From Octopus vulgaris (lineage: Eukaryota): DNA of 64,000 nucleotides. The notes below the pieces were generated by a model, which had not been told where the DNA came from, made no database searches, and was given only the letters and a program-made list of their open reading frames with translations. The stretch lies in contig OX597830.1 in assembly GCA_951406725.2 (NCBI GenBank), positions 60,388,001 to 60,452,000 of the forward strand, in the 5' to 3' direction. The stretch's first letter is position 1, and every line of letters starts with the position of its first letter. This document shows, one piece after another, positions 1-13,818 of the stretch. A program made the translations under genes and the position numbers.

Positions 1-123
1 TGTGTAGGATGACGCTATTGAAGAAAATTAGCTTATCGTATCCTGCTGAAGGATGCTTTCGAAATCTGAGTCCAAGTTTTGCATGAGATCTGTTAACTGC
101 GTGTAATGGTTGTTTGTCTACAG

Positions 124-365
124 CAGTGGTTCTCAACTGGAGTCCATATGACACCTGGGTGTCCACATACCATTTTATGGTTAAAATTTAAATGCAATAA
201 AATGGTTATACTTCTGCAATACAAAAAATATATCAACAATTTAAAAATAATTTCTTATAAGATTTCATTATAAAAATATAATGGGGATTTTTTAAAACCA
301 TTGAATAACTATGGGGGTCACCTGGGGGAAATCGGAATCAAGAGGGTCCATAGGAAAAAAAATTA
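124..365. mobile_element. hAT (Charlie-like) non-autonomous element, left end only; right end lost at the LINE junction
   Basis: Starts CAGTGGTTCTCAAC (typical hAT/Charlie terminus), preceded by GTCTACAG (NTCTANAN-like target); no matching right TIR. Confidence 0.55.
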
Positions 366-2195
366 TTGTAGAGAATTGCCGGAGCAAAAAGAAGACCCTG
401 AGGATGGCATAGATAGACTATATGGAAGCGTTTGAGAGTGTCCCACATAATTGGCTACTCGAGGCCCTTGAGATATATAATATCTCTTCTGTAATCTCCA
501 AATTTTTACATCTCCTTCTATACGTTAGTAATGAGCCAATCTAACAACATCAAACGAGGCATCTTTCAAGGTGGCTCCCTCTCCCCATTACTGTCTTGCA
601 TGTCACTGATCCCATTCTCAAACGAACTGAGTAACACCAGGTATGGGTTCAACATGTATATTATAGTAAATCATCTGTTTTATATGGACGATCTGAAGCT
701 GTTTGCTAGAAATGACGAAAAGCTAGCAGGGCTGTTAACAACTGTTAAAGAGTTCAGCAAAGACATTGGAATGGATGTTGGCCTTGATAAGTGTGCTAAA
801 GCAACTTTTGTAAGAGGCAAGCTCAAGCAAACTGCTTCCATTAAATTAGATACTGACACTGCCATCAAGGATCTTGACCCATAAAGAAGCTATAAATACC
901 AGGGGATAAACGAAGGAGACGGTATACAACATGCTACTATAAAGGAAAAAATACGAAAGGAGTATTACAGGAAAGTAAGACACATACTAAAAACTGAACT
1001 CAACTCCCAAAATCGCATCGAAGCCATTAACACCCTGGCACTTCCAATAGTCTAATACGGTTTTAATCCACAATGGCAGTGAGCAAGTATTTATCTAATA
1101 CAGAGAACTGAATGCTGCAGCTTGTGTACAAAATCGAAAGCAGCAAAATATCACATTCTGTTGTCAAGGAAGCTGGCAAATTCGCAAGGGAAATCGGCAT
1201 TAACCCTGAATTAGAGGAAGAACCTGAAACCGCTTCCTCCAAACAAGCAAAATGGATCAAACAGACTGCAAAAAAGAACAGGTAGAAACAAATTGAGGAG
1301 CGGTGGAGCCAGAAGTCTCTGTATGGACAATATATACTTCGAAGTCGAAATTCTGATGTAGTCCAAGCAACAGCCCTGAAAGCAGAGACTGAAGGTTTCA
1401 TATTAGCAGCACAAGATCAAACTTGCTTACCAAAAACTACCAGGCTAACGTTCTTCAAAACGGTTCTGACCCTAAATGCAGATTCTGCGATATATTTGAC
1501 GAAACAATAGACCATCTTGTCTCGGGATGTCCTGTACAGACACCAAACGAATACAAAAATTACCACGATAGGATAGGACAGTATTTATATTGGAAAATAT
1601 GTAAACACTACAAAATCATCTCTCCTGCGTACTGGTATGAACATCATCCTGAGCCAGTCGTTGAAGGTAAAACTGTCACTGCCCTCTGAGATTTTCCACT
1701 CAACACTGATAGAATGATCCGCGCTCATCGACCAGACATAGACATTAAAGGCAGAGAAGAAAATACTTGCAGGCTAACAGTTCCCGCTGATAAATATATA
1801 TCTGTAAAGGAATTTGACAAATTAAGCAAGTATAAGGACCTGGAAATTGAAATACAAAGGATGTGGCATCTTAAATCGAGAACTGTTCCTGTTATTGTGG
1901 GTGCCCTAGGTATGATAAGAAAGGAATGTCAGAAACATCTAGATAATATCCCCGGAGAACCATATCTCAAAGAAATCCAGAAGATTGTACTGACAACTAC
2001 TGCCCACATCCTTAGAAAAACCCTATCAATTTAAATCTATGTGCTATATTACATGAAGGCATTTCGCTACTACCCCTGCCACTCACCTTCCCCAACCTTT
2101 CAGTCATACTGTAACATCTCTTATCCTTTATTCGCCCAAGGACGCTGGGTGTATCTCGGCGAGTGATTGTAACAAACATACAGATTAAAAGTAAA
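366..2195 (+). mobile_element. 5'-truncated, decayed R4/Dong-clade non-LTR retrotransposon (RT, CCHC finger, restriction-like endonuclease)
   Basis: Frames give LRMA*IDY..AFESVPHNWL, RGIFQGGSLSPLL, HLFYMDDLKLF, G LDKCAK (RT); CRFC..DETIDHLVSGC (CCHC); RPDI, K..KYKDL, VPVIVGALG, TAHILRKTL (RLE). Stops and frameshifts present; 3' UTR runs into a degenerate TAA/CAA/GAT repeat. Confidence 0.92.
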
Positions 2196-2223
2196 TGATA
2201 ATAAGAACAACAACAATAACAAC

Positions 2224-2256
<33 letters not shown>

Positions 2257-3601
2257 GGTGGTGGTGGTGGTGGTGGTATTGGTGGTGGTAGTAGCAGTGG
2301 CAGCAGCAAAATATGAAAAGCCGCGACAACAGAAATTACAACTACTAAAACTAATACACCAATACCACTATAACATCAAGAACAACAACAGCTACTGCAA
2401 CTGACTGTTCTTACAACGACTGCAACTGGGTGATGTATTTTGTTACAATTCTCTGCAGCTGTATTCAGCGGACACCCTCCCCCTCTTCTGCAGGAACAAT
2501 GGTGGATGATGAGACTGTCGCCTATTTTATTCACAAGGTTCTTAAACTGAAACAAACTCAAAGAAATAGTAAACAAAATGGCTGTCTGAAACCTACTTAA
2601 TGCTAAACAAGACGAAATTTTGACGCTAATAAGACGTCAAAGAAAATGGACGTCATTCGATCATTCCATCATTTCAAACGCCAATCACCAAACGTTTTAT
2701 GTGTTCATTTAGCCGGAAGATATCTCTCATTCTTCCCCACCACATTTTTATGCGTCTGGTTGTTTACTGTTTTTGTTCTTATTGTTATTTAGCCCCAGGT
2801 CGACCTTTATCAAGGTCTAGAATATCTAATATGTCCTTCTCATGCGATAATTGTGATTTGAAATAGATTTTCTTGGTATTTCTAGAAGGTCGGGCCTTCT
2901 AGAAGTGCTAGAAATGTTACAGAGCCTTCATCGTTGGTTCATAAATGTATTTATTTTGTATATGAATACTGGAAAGATACAGTGAGAGACGGAGAGAGAG
3001 AAACCGCTTGTGCGTGTATGCTTATGTGTGTGTACTTGTGTGTGTACTTTGCGTGTGTATGTTTGTGTGAGTGAGTGTATGTGCATGGAAAACATAAACA
3101 TGATTATGTTTATGTTTTCACTAGTACAAGATAACTGTCCCTGGAATTGATTCTTTCGGTAAAACAAATCGTATTAAGAGGATATGGCCACAGTTGACAC
3201 AATATGGAAGCAGTTTGTTGAACACACAAGAACATAATGAGGAATGTACACCAAATAGACATATACTGATAAAAAAAACAGCATTCATACGAATCGGGGA
3301 TTACTTATATCGCACCAACTTGCTGAGTCGAACGATAAATAGCACAAAAAAAAGAAGAAAACGAGATAGATGCACAAAAACTACGTAAACATTGGTTTGA
3401 CAACGCCATCTGAGAAAACTGATTATCCTAAACTTTTCAGTAATATGTCGCTTTAAAACAGTGATCTTCTTGCAGTTAGGGCGATCCAGAAAATTATCAA
3501 ATTATGTGATGTAGCAAGAAAATAGGATTATAATTACACAGTAGTTTCCATAATGATAGGGATTAACAAGCCAAAAGAAGACGAGTGAAACATAGCTCCT
3601 C

Positions 3602-3691
<90 letters not shown>
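3602..3691. repeat. (TAA)n microsatellite
   Basis: Perfect trinucleotide run. Confidence 0.95.
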
Positions 3692-3692
<1 letters not shown>

Positions 3693-3764
3693 TAAGCAAT
3701 TTCTGTAGCCCTAACAACGGATACACTACGTTATAAGTCATAATAGCAATTTTATTAAACCAAC

Positions 3765-3945
3765 CAGGGAGTTGCTACGTGGTTTCCGATCAATTAGAAA
3801 TAGCAGCCGAACTTCAGTTACAGATCGCTCTCTTAGGAAAGAAAGCCACATTGGATAATGAGGATCGATGAAAGATACGGGTTGGCTACAGTTTTAAATT
3901 TGACATTTAGTAAGAGTAAGTCCGGAGCTAAACAACAAATTAACA
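3765..3945 (+). repeat. Old unclassified interspersed repeat (family D); related pieces near 2785-2925, 22860-22915, 26470-26900, 45645-45720, 50255-50400 and 50645-51065
   Basis: Recurrent motif (gc)tagaaatagcagcc(a/g)aa...ctcaaatcacac and terminal gggctaaacaacaa, in both orientations. Confidence 0.5.
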
Positions 3946-4076
3946 ACCCCATACTTCAACAGCCAGGAACTTTACTTTACTTAAAATCGATCTAAAATTA
4001 ATTCTATTTAAAAATATAGTCACTCATCAGGTCTAAAATAATAATACCCTGTAAGTTTAGGAATTATATTCCCTAC

Positions 4077-4181
<105 letters not shown>

Positions 4182-4183
4182 TC

Positions 4184-4247
<64 letters not shown>

Positions 4248-4259
4248 TGGATAATTGGG

Positions 4260-5104
4260 GTAGGGTATGTGATTTTTGAACTCACCGAAAAGCTGTCAGT
4301 GGATGTAATCTCCTCTGCGGTGGTCGGCGCTGCATCTAACCTGACCCATCGTCTGAAGTTTTGTCACCTCCTTCAGGTCTGTTGCCCTACATCACTCACA
4401 AAGTAAATTTGGAGGAACTTTGGTTGTTCATTTGTGGGCAACAGGGAACTAATGAGGTGACAGACTAGCCCTTGAACTTTGAACGTCGGCATAAATCCAT
4501 GTTCAACTATCTCCTTAGATGCACCAAACGATGTCATTTGAAATGCAGAGTTGTATTGTGCGATACTGTTCAGAAAATCCTTTGACTGGATCGAAATGTC
4601 TTCCAGAAGATCCAGAAGAGGTTGAGGAGGAGCTGGTAGTGCTGACAAACTTATCTTACCGCCTGAGCAACACAGGCCATTAGTTTCATTTGGAAAATTT
4701 AAAGCTTTGCAGAAACGACAATTTGAGTTTAGCACGCCAATTTGGACAGAGTTATCGTTTTTATAAGAATGGGATGGATGATATCTGAAAGTAGCTCCAG
4801 GAGTTGTGGAGAACGAATATGTGCGTGTTCTGTTTCTGAGAATTATTCTACTGGGCCTCTGCCTAATCATCAAAATGTTGTTTTAATGATTCAGCATTAA
4901 GGCCACAGCATGCCTTGGGGAAAGTCTCATCTCCCTTTTTGTTGGAACTCCATTTGACGTGCTGCAGTATGTCTTTGCTGATCTTGAAATTTTCATCTCC
5001 CTTCTCTCTTGCGACTCTCGCCTTCGGCTTTCTACAATCCTCCTCGCTTTATACTCGTTTCCGTAGAGATTACGTCTTTTCCTTGGTGGAAATATTTCTT
5101 TCAA
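4260..5104 (-). mobile_element. Helitron RepHel N-terminal fragment (pseudogene)
   Basis: ORF 4373-4873: CRFCKAL.F..E..GLCCSGGKI.L..LP.PP.PL..LL, FLNSI.QYNSAFQMTSFG, GFMPTFKVQG.V.H.I.SLLP, PKFLQIYF. This is the conserved region upstream of the Helitron Rep domain; a basic PPRKRR N-terminus lies in 4883-5104. Confidence 0.88.
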
Positions 5105-5295
5105 TATTGTAAATAAAAAATTATGAACATAGAAAGAAATTATACATTAATCTCTATTTTTGTAAGCAGTTTTATGTCTTTATTTCTGTATGCAGTAGAA
5201 ATTAACTAAATATAAGCAAATTTACCAAATAGAAGCACATATGCGAACTGTTAATTTAACGGTAAATACCACAATAATTATTATAGGTAAATTTC

Positions 5296-5406
<111 letters not shown>

Positions 5407-5650
5407 CATTATTACACATAAATGCCACACGCTAAAAGGGACCCTTAAAGTCAAAACTACCAAAATAAACATATGGAACCGAATGCAAGTCTCGAAGCAA
5501 GTCATCTAAAAACAGAATTTAGCTGCATATTACCAGTGATTTCGTAATTAACGTATTGGATAATATATTCAAGTGAAAAAATTTACTGATTTTTTCTCTT
5601 ATGAGGTTTTTCTACTTGATAATTTCTTATGAAGATTTTATCCTATTTTT

Positions 5651-5728
<78 letters not shown>

Positions 5729-5730
<2 letters not shown>

Positions 5731-5954
5731 GGAGTAAACACATAAATGTGAAACAAGGTGAAAAAAGAGTACTCAAATACCAGTGGTAGAGTAATATGCT
5801 TTATTTAAAGCAGCAGAAAATTCAACAAAACCTGTTACTCTGAGTTTCGCGTTGCCGTTCATCGGACAGTTTTTGCTAGAAAACTGTCCGATGAACGGCA
5901 ACGCGAAACTCAGAGTAACATGTTTTGTTGAATTTTCTGCTGCTTTAAATAAAG
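5729..5954. mobile_element. Penelope-like terminal-repeat remnant inside (TA)n, containing a 75-bp-arm palindrome with hammerhead motifs
   Basis: Arms 5799-5873 and 5880-5954 (1 mismatch), loop TGCTAG; second family copy at 22561-22748. Confidence 0.7.
5880..5926 (+). ncRNA. Minimal type-I hammerhead ribozyme motif (mirror copy on - strand at 5827-5873)
   Basis: AAAACTGT-CCGATGA-ACG GCAA CGC-GAAA-CTCAGAG-TA-ACA(G/T)GTTTT: core boxes, GNRA-capped helix II, palindromic helix III ACTC.GAGT, GUA cleavage triplet, helix I CTGT/ACAG. Confidence 0.6.
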
Positions 5955-6059
<105 letters not shown>

Positions 6060-7123
6060 ATTTAAGGAATACTATGTAACTTTAAATACCTTGCAAGCTT
6101 GAACGGTAACTATGTATTTTTATATACCTTGGACCTGCCAGCTCATTTTTTTTGTCGAGAGTTTCACCTCCAGCCGTTCGTTATGTCATTCAACACACAT
6201 ACACTGCCACACCATCCTGCTGTGGTGGCCATAAAGACGGAAAGTTGCCGATGCGTAATGTTGTTCCCATTAGGATGTAAATTATTCATTTATTTCAAAT
6301 ATAATAGAAATAAGATGGTCTTAAAGATTGGTACTTAGCGGTGTGTTACATATTCCCGTATAAACGTAAACTTGTAATCTGGGAAGAGTGTGTATGTATG
6401 TATGTATGTGTATTTGTATGCTTGTGTGTATGCTTGTGTGTGTGTGTGTGTGTATGTTCCACATGGAGTATTGCATCTTTGAGAGCAGCTGTTAAATTTA
6501 GGAGAGTTCTAAATCAGCTCTATGATTATTTAGTAATCCAGTTACATAAGAGGATTGACTCATATGAGTAGGTTATAAAAGGTTCAAGTTCCATGCAGGT
6601 GAGGAAAATATTAAACTTATTGCAAAGATGGCCATCAATTAGTAAACAAATACTTTAATTCAGAGAATATTTGCAGCTTATGAAATCGCAGAGTAGAATA
6701 AAACGCACCATCTGAAATGAAACGCAGAGAAAATCTTAAGTTTATTTATGAGAATCTTCCTTAATAGTACAACAGCACTTAAGCTGTGCTTAATAATGCT
6801 TATCTCTTACTGTGAAGCAGAAAGAAACTTTCTCAAAGCCATCTATTGAAAAGAAGAAATTTTGGTCTTCTGTAACTGAAGAGTGCTTACATTCTTTAGC
6901 TATAGTGTTCGGAAAATGACATTGCAAGGAAATTTTCCTATGACAACTTGTATATGAATTTATGTTGCTAGAACCCCCTCCCTCTACCAAAAATGTAGTA
7001 TTGCTTAATATGTGCTTCATGTAATATATGTATTCCTACGTATTAAAAATAAAGATTCTATTAAATGTTGCCTTTGCAATTTCTTTTCTACAAAATATCC
7101 TTCACACATACAAATACATATAT

Positions 7124-7196
<73 letters not shown>

Positions 7197-8961
7197 CATA
7201 CACATATATATATATGTATTTGTATGTATGTATGTATGTATGTATGTATATACATATATATACACACGCACTTATATATACACACATTTATACCTACATA
7301 CATATTTATACACACACACACACACATATTTTTCTCCCTCTAACTCAAAAATTATAAGGTATCAGAAATTTTATTTACAACAGTTAGTTTAACATATGCC
7401 ATAACCCAGCACAGCAAACTATAATCAAAATTTGAGAATAGTGGTTAAATTCAGAAAGGAAAATTATAATGATCAACCATAGGCCAGTACCTTTACAGAA
7501 GATAACAGCGATTAACCGGACTTCGCACAAGGTAGAAATAATCTCACTTCATGGCCACATTTCCGAGGTCTTCATCCATTACCCTTCGAACCCTGAAGTC
7601 CTTCAGTAAGGTTTTTCGAACCTTGTTGGATGCTGTTCTATTGTTCCTGGTTGCGAAGGGGCCTTAATAACAGTTCAAACTTGAAGGCTTTCAGAATGTT
7701 AATTCGTCACAGACCCTAGTGTCTTGAATAGAAAACATTAGGTAATTAGAGTCTAAGCTACACAGTACCTAAAAACAAGATGAAATGGTCATGGCTGGAA
7801 TGCTTTTGAAGAAGGGTATCATCAATTTGGATTGACTTGTGATTTAACAAGCGTACTAATTAGCTTCGAATAGCGACAAAGCCTGGTATTTTTCAGATAA
7901 ATGGTGCCTGGATATGGTGTGGCACTTTCCAGTTGAATATTGTGAAATAAAAGTGAAGTTATTAAAGAGCAAGAGAAAGAGAAGTGGCGAAAGACAATGA
8001 ATAAGAGACAGAGGAGAAAAAGTGTAAAGAGTGAAAAAAAAAAGTATCAGAAAAGATATCGGGGAGATGTAAGAAGAACAACATGAAGTGATATCCTTAG
8101 CATTGTTTCGTCAACGAAGACTGGGATTTTTTTTTATTTAGTTGGCTCACAATACTGACAATGGCATCTATTAATTACCCCTAGGCTCATTCAAGCCTCT
8201 AGTGTTAAAAAAAAAAACGAACTTTTGTATAATCTTTTGTATCTTATATGCCGGATTGTAAAAATAGAATTTGCGAGAGAGATGTTTCATAGAATAGTTT
8301 CAATGAACCAACAAGTATGGAGCAGAAAACAAAGCAATAACAAGATGAACCTCCTAGTTGTTTTCTAAATAGCTGTAGTGTTTGAGAGGAACTGTATTTA
8401 CCCATTCTTCTTTCGGCAATATCTTCCATTAAATATCACAATGAGGATACCATGAAGCGTTTAAAGAACTTCACCAGACAAAGGATTCCTAGTACAGTTT
8501 TATCTCACTTTCAAATATGTCGCAAACATTTCATCTCAGTTAAAGAACAATGTTATCTGTATGTGCGAAGGTGTGTGTATATTTGTGTGCAAGAGGCTGT
8601 GCATGTATGTGAGTGTATACATGTGATTGTTATTTTGCTTCATATTTGTTTTAGATTTAATGAAGGAGTTGTGAAAGTAAAATATAAAAAGAAGTAAAGT
8701 AAGCCTCCCAGAGCATAACTGTTTCGTGTCTTAGAACGCAAGGGGGCGGTTACTCAGTTTCCATGACCGAAATTGCAACAGCACTCCGGGAGGGACGCCA
8801 GTCCGTCGCATGGTATCTCATTTACGGGAGATCACTCGGCTCGTCCGTCGATGAAAAGAAAATAAGTACCGGTGTTAATTCATTCGACAACCTTCGTGTA
8901 TTAATTTTAGTATGGAAGAAAGTATGCGTACATGTTTGCATGAATATATATAATACATATA

Positions 8962-9093
8962 TAGCTTGCTTACCAACCACATGGTTCTGGGTTCAGTCCC
9001 ACTGAAGTGTCTTCTACTATAGTCTCGGGCCGACCAAAGCCTTGTGAGTCGATTTGGTAGACGGAAACTGAAAAGAAGCCCGTCGTATATATG

Positions 9094-9154
<61 letters not shown>

Positions 9155-9272
9155 GTGTGTATAGGTTTGTGTGTCTGTGTTTGTTCCCCGAACATCGCTT
9201 GACAACCGATGCTGGTGTGTTTACGTCCCCGTAACTTAGCGGTTCGGCAAAGGAGACCGATAGAGTAAGTAC
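8962..9272 (+). mobile_element. tRNA-derived SINE family A, partial
   Basis: B-box GGTTCAGTCCC, body ...gccttgtgagt.gatttggtagacggaaactgaaa.gaagcccgtcg, internal (TA)n; matches the other A copies. Confidence 0.85.
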
Positions 9273-9555
9273 TTGCCTTTCATCCTTTCGGGGTCGATTA
9301 AATAAGTACCAGTTACGCACTGAGGTCGATATAATCGACTTAATCCGTGTGTCTGTCCTTGTTTGTCCCCTCTAAGTTTAGCCCCTTGCGGGCAGTAAAG
9401 AAATAGGTATTTCGCCTGCTGCTACGTTCTGAGTTCAAATTCCGCCGAGGTCGACTTTGCCTTTCATCCTTCCGGGGTTGATGAAATAAGTACCTGTTAC
9501 GCACTGGAGTCGACATTATCGACTAGCCCCCTTTCCTCCTTGTGCCAGGAGTAGG
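9273..9555 (+). mobile_element. Two fragments of SINE family B
   Basis: ttgcctttcatcctttcggggtcgat...tagccccttg.gggcagtaaagaaata (9273-9405), followed by an internal restart at ggtatttcg..gttctgagttcaaattcc (9406-9555). Confidence 0.85.
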
Positions 9556-9659
9556 AATATATATGTACATTCACGTGTATGTACTTCATATTTAAAATGC
9601 AAAAAATCTTTGATAAGAAAATGTTTCATGTACTAAAAACTTCATATATGCAATTGAAT

Positions 9660-9969
9660 GGAGGCACATGGCCTAGTGGTTAGAGAAGCGGACTCGCGGT
9701 CAAGGGATCGCGGGTCCGAATCTCAGAGCGGACGATGTGTGTGTTTATGAGCGAAACACCTAAGCTCCACGTGGCTCCGGCAGAAGGTAATGGCGAAACT
9801 TCTGCTGACTCTTTCGCCACAACTTTCTCTCACCCTTTCCTCCTGCATCTTGCAGCTCACCTGCGATGGACCGGCGTCCCATCCAGGTGGGGAACCTATA
9901 CGCCAAGGAAACCGGGAAACCGGCCCTTATGAGTCAGGCACGGCTCGAGAAGGAACAAACAACAAAAAA
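9660..9969 (+). mobile_element. Full-length tRNA-derived SINE family C
   Basis: A-box TGGCCTAGTGG, B-box GGTCCGAATC, A/C-rich tail; TSD catatat(g/a)caatt at 9643-9655 and 9970-9982; homologous to 40234-40540. Confidence 0.9.
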
Positions 9970-10874
9970 CATATATACAATTATATATATACATTTATAA
10001 TTGCACACATACTTTGCTTACACATATCCATACGCGCAAACGGATTGACACACAAAAACACGCGTGCGTAGATATCAAACAACATTGTTGTTCGTATCAT
10101 TACAAAAACAGATAAAACAGATAAAAATCACAGATTCACAGACATACACATGATGAGCACCAACACGTACGCACACACATACATACACTACATGCACATA
10201 TGCACAAACACACAGAATGATGAGTACAGTTCACTGGATTGCGCAACGTTGTCTCAAATATTCTTACAAACAGGAAACAAACGCTGTATCCATTCAAGCA
10301 TGATTTTCAGTATATTCAGGTGGTACGTATTGACCTATAAAGGATTATGTGGAGTCAAAGGATTCAAGAGACGAACAGTACATGGAGAAAGAGAGAAAAG
10401 AAGAAAAAAATGAAACAGAGAGAAAAAAAAGGAGAGAAAGAAGAGGAAGAAAGAATTCTACAATATAAGAATAAAAATTGTTCAATTCCGTTGTTAACTT
10501 TGCAAAGATGTAATCATGCGCGCGCGCAGTTAGAGTTTGAAAAAAATCTAACAATGTTAATAGTTGACATTTCCGGTCTCCATAAACATCACTCATGATG
10601 TTTATAAAGCTCATGACATTTGTAAGGATGTCATTTTGAATGATAACTCTTTCGCAACTGGAAATATGTGATCTTTTGACAGTGCGGTCCTTTCTCTAAA
10701 ATAAAAAAAGAAAAAAGAAAAAAGAAACAGAAGAAAAAAGCCTACTCTTACGCAGATTGTGAACCATTTTATAATCTTTTTCGTTAAATAATTTTTGTTT
10801 TGTATGCGTCAAAAATGAGGTTAGGCTAGCAGTATATTCTTTAAAATGTTTCATATTTGATGGGGTTTCTTGTA

Positions 10875-11422
10875 ATACATACATACATACATACATACAT
10901 ACATACATACATACATACATACATACATACATACATACATACATACATACATACATACATACATACATGCATACATACATACATACATACATACATGCAT
11001 ACATACATACATACATACATACATACATACATACATACATACATACATACATACATACATACATACATGCATGCATACATACATACATACATACATACAT
11101 ACATGCATGCATACATACATACATACATGCATACATACATACATACATGCATACATACATACATACATACATACATACATACATACATGCATACATACAT
11201 ACATACATACATACATACATACATACATACATGCATACATACATACATACATACATACATGCATACATACATACATACATACATACATACATACATACAT
11301 ACATACATACATACATACATACATGCATGCATACATACATACATTCATACATACATACATACATACATACATACATACATACATACATACATACATACAT
11401 ACATACATACATACATACATAC
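10875..11422. repeat. ~550-bp (TACA)n array with interspersed TGCA variants
   Basis: Read directly; source of the MYVC/HTYI ORFs. Confidence 0.95.
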
Positions 11423-11429
11423 GATGATG

Positions 11430-12538
11430 ACCGTCTACTCGTGACCGAGCAAAGGGTGATGAAATCACGAAAGGCTGTTTTCGTAGCTTCTTGTCTAATG
11501 CCTGGGAAACGTGATAGTCAGTTGATGCAAGTTCTGGCGAATATGGTGGATGACGGAGTACTTCCAAGTTCATTTCCTATAACTTGAATACCGTTCTTTG
11601 TGCAACATGTGGTCGAGCATTGTCTTGCAAGAGAATTGGCCTGTCTCTATTGACCAATCTCAGTTATTTAATTGCATGTTCACTTATCATTTCAACCAAT
11701 TGGCTGATGTATACATCTACTGTAATTAATTTACCAGCTTTCATGAAGCTGTAATAGATGACACCAGCGCTGGACCGCTAAACAAATACCATTAGCTTTT
11801 TTGTTTTTTTGGTGAATATTCTTTTGTGGATTGTGTTTTGGCACTTCATCTCTATCCAACCACCGTGCAGAACGCTTGCTATGGTTGAAAAGAATCTATT
11901 TTTCATAACACGTAACAATACAATGCAAAAATGGTTCGCTTTTATGCCGTGACAGCAAAGAACAGCAAGTTTGAAGACGACGTCTCATTTGATGCTCGTT
12001 CTGTGTTACTCAATTGTCCAGCTTCTTTAACTTGCCGATCTGTTTCAGCTGGTTCAATACAGTTGGAATCAAACCATCAAACTTTGATGTTAATTCAAGC
12101 GTAGTTTGAGATGTATCCGCTTCCACTACAGTCTCCAGCTCATCGTTATCTATCTTGGTCTCAGGTCTACCACGGGACTGATTTTCAAGAATAAAGTCAC
12201 CAGACCGGAACTTCTCAAATCATCGATGTACAGTGCGCTCATTCGCCACATCTTCACCGAACCCCTAATTGATGTTTCAAGCTGTCTGGAATCCATATGT
12301 TTCACGACGGAACTCATAAACAACATGAATTTATTTATCTCTCCATGGGTTCACAAAAATTGATTTACAAGAGAAAACTCACAATATAATCAGACACCAT
12401 GAATTGCATTTCGAAAATTGGTGATGCAACTCTTCTGTGTTGTAAAACAAAGAATTACCAGGATGAAACATTAGAGTTAACGACTGTCAAATTTGGTGCT
12501 TAAGAAAATCAGACATTTCATTCTTAATGACATGATAC
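11430..12538 (-). mobile_element. Decayed mariner (DD34D) transposon
   Basis: Minus strand encodes LLQDNARPHVA (~11604-11633) and LEVLRHPPYSPELASTDYH; TIR-like end tatcatgtcattaagaatgaaatg at ~12538. Confidence 0.85.
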
Positions 12539-12938
12539 ACACATACATACATACATACATACATACATACATACATACATACATACATACATACATACAT
12601 ACATACACACATACATACATACATACATACATACATACATACATACATACATACATACATACATACATGCATGCACTCATACATGCATACATACATACAT
12701 ACATACATACATACATACATACATGCATGCATGCATGCATGCACTCATACATGCATACATATATACATACATACATACATACATACATGCATGCATGCAT
12801 GCATGCACTCATACATGCATACATATATACATACATACATACTTATGTATGTGCGCGTGTCTTAATACATATTTCGCAGGCATGTATCTTCTGCGAAATC
12901 TGTGATGAGCCCGAGTGACGCTGATGACCTAGAGTCGC

Positions 12939-13003
<65 letters not shown>

Positions 13004-13005
<2 letters not shown>

Positions 13006-13212
13006 TAAATGTTTATATTTTTCATTCCCTTCGAAATTTTATCCCTAATAGTGGTTTGGAATTTAACTGTCCTCTGACGGATACCTCTTATGTGTTTAAA
13101 TATACGGTGTATGTATATGAGTAATATATAGTCTATTGACTAAATTTTTACACGATAGGCCTCTGGTAATGGAAATTTCAGATATTTCAGATTACCCTTT
13201 GATATTATTAAT
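13004..13212 (+). repeat. Unclassified ~210-bp dispersed repeat (second copy 33816-34046)
   Basis: Near-identical ggtaaatg...cattcccttcgaaattttatccctaatagtggtttggaatttaactgtcctct...gattaccctttgata..attaat. Confidence 0.85.
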
Positions 13213-13362
<150 letters not shown>

Positions 13363-13818
13363 CAGATTTATATTTATATATATATATACATTTGTGAGTA
13401 TGTATATGTGTGTGCGTGTGCGTGTGTGTGTGTGTGTGTGTTTGCATAAATACATACATACATATTCTGTGTGTACAAATATGTGTACGACTGCAATTTT
13501 CAAGTGGAGCGCTCTATGTGGTTTCTCATAATCTAGTCTGGTTCCAGTAAAGCGGTGAAGTAATTCCGACGCTAACTAATTTTGAAGTAGAAATTAAGAT
13601 AAACACAAGTCTATATTATAATAATATAAACTTGTATTTATCTTAATTTCCCCTATATTTGCGCACATGTATCATAAGTGTGGTAAACTATTCTTATGTT
13701 TGCCAACAAACATATGACTGTGAGAAGGCAGCTGTATTTTACCTTCTGTATCTCTGTTATCATTCGAATCTCTTCAGTAAGGAAATTTATACGCTTGCAT
13801 CACAAAACCCCGATTATA

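Noticed and set aside
15-80. Hammerhead-like TTGAAGA...CGAAA..GTC
   Set aside because: Core mismatch and no helix I pairing.
9660-9735. tRNA-like sequence (also 40234-40305)
   Set aside because: It is the head of SINE C, which continues into a body, tail and TSD; not a tRNA gene.
10696-11587. Long ORFs made of [16 protein letters not shown] or CVCV repeats here and throughout the window
   Set aside because: Translations of stop-free microsatellites.
12902-12944. C/D-box-like motifs GTGATGA..CTGA TGA..CTGA
   Set aside because: Only ~45 nt, with no terminal stem or clear guide sequence; also lacks a downstream hammerhead GAAA.
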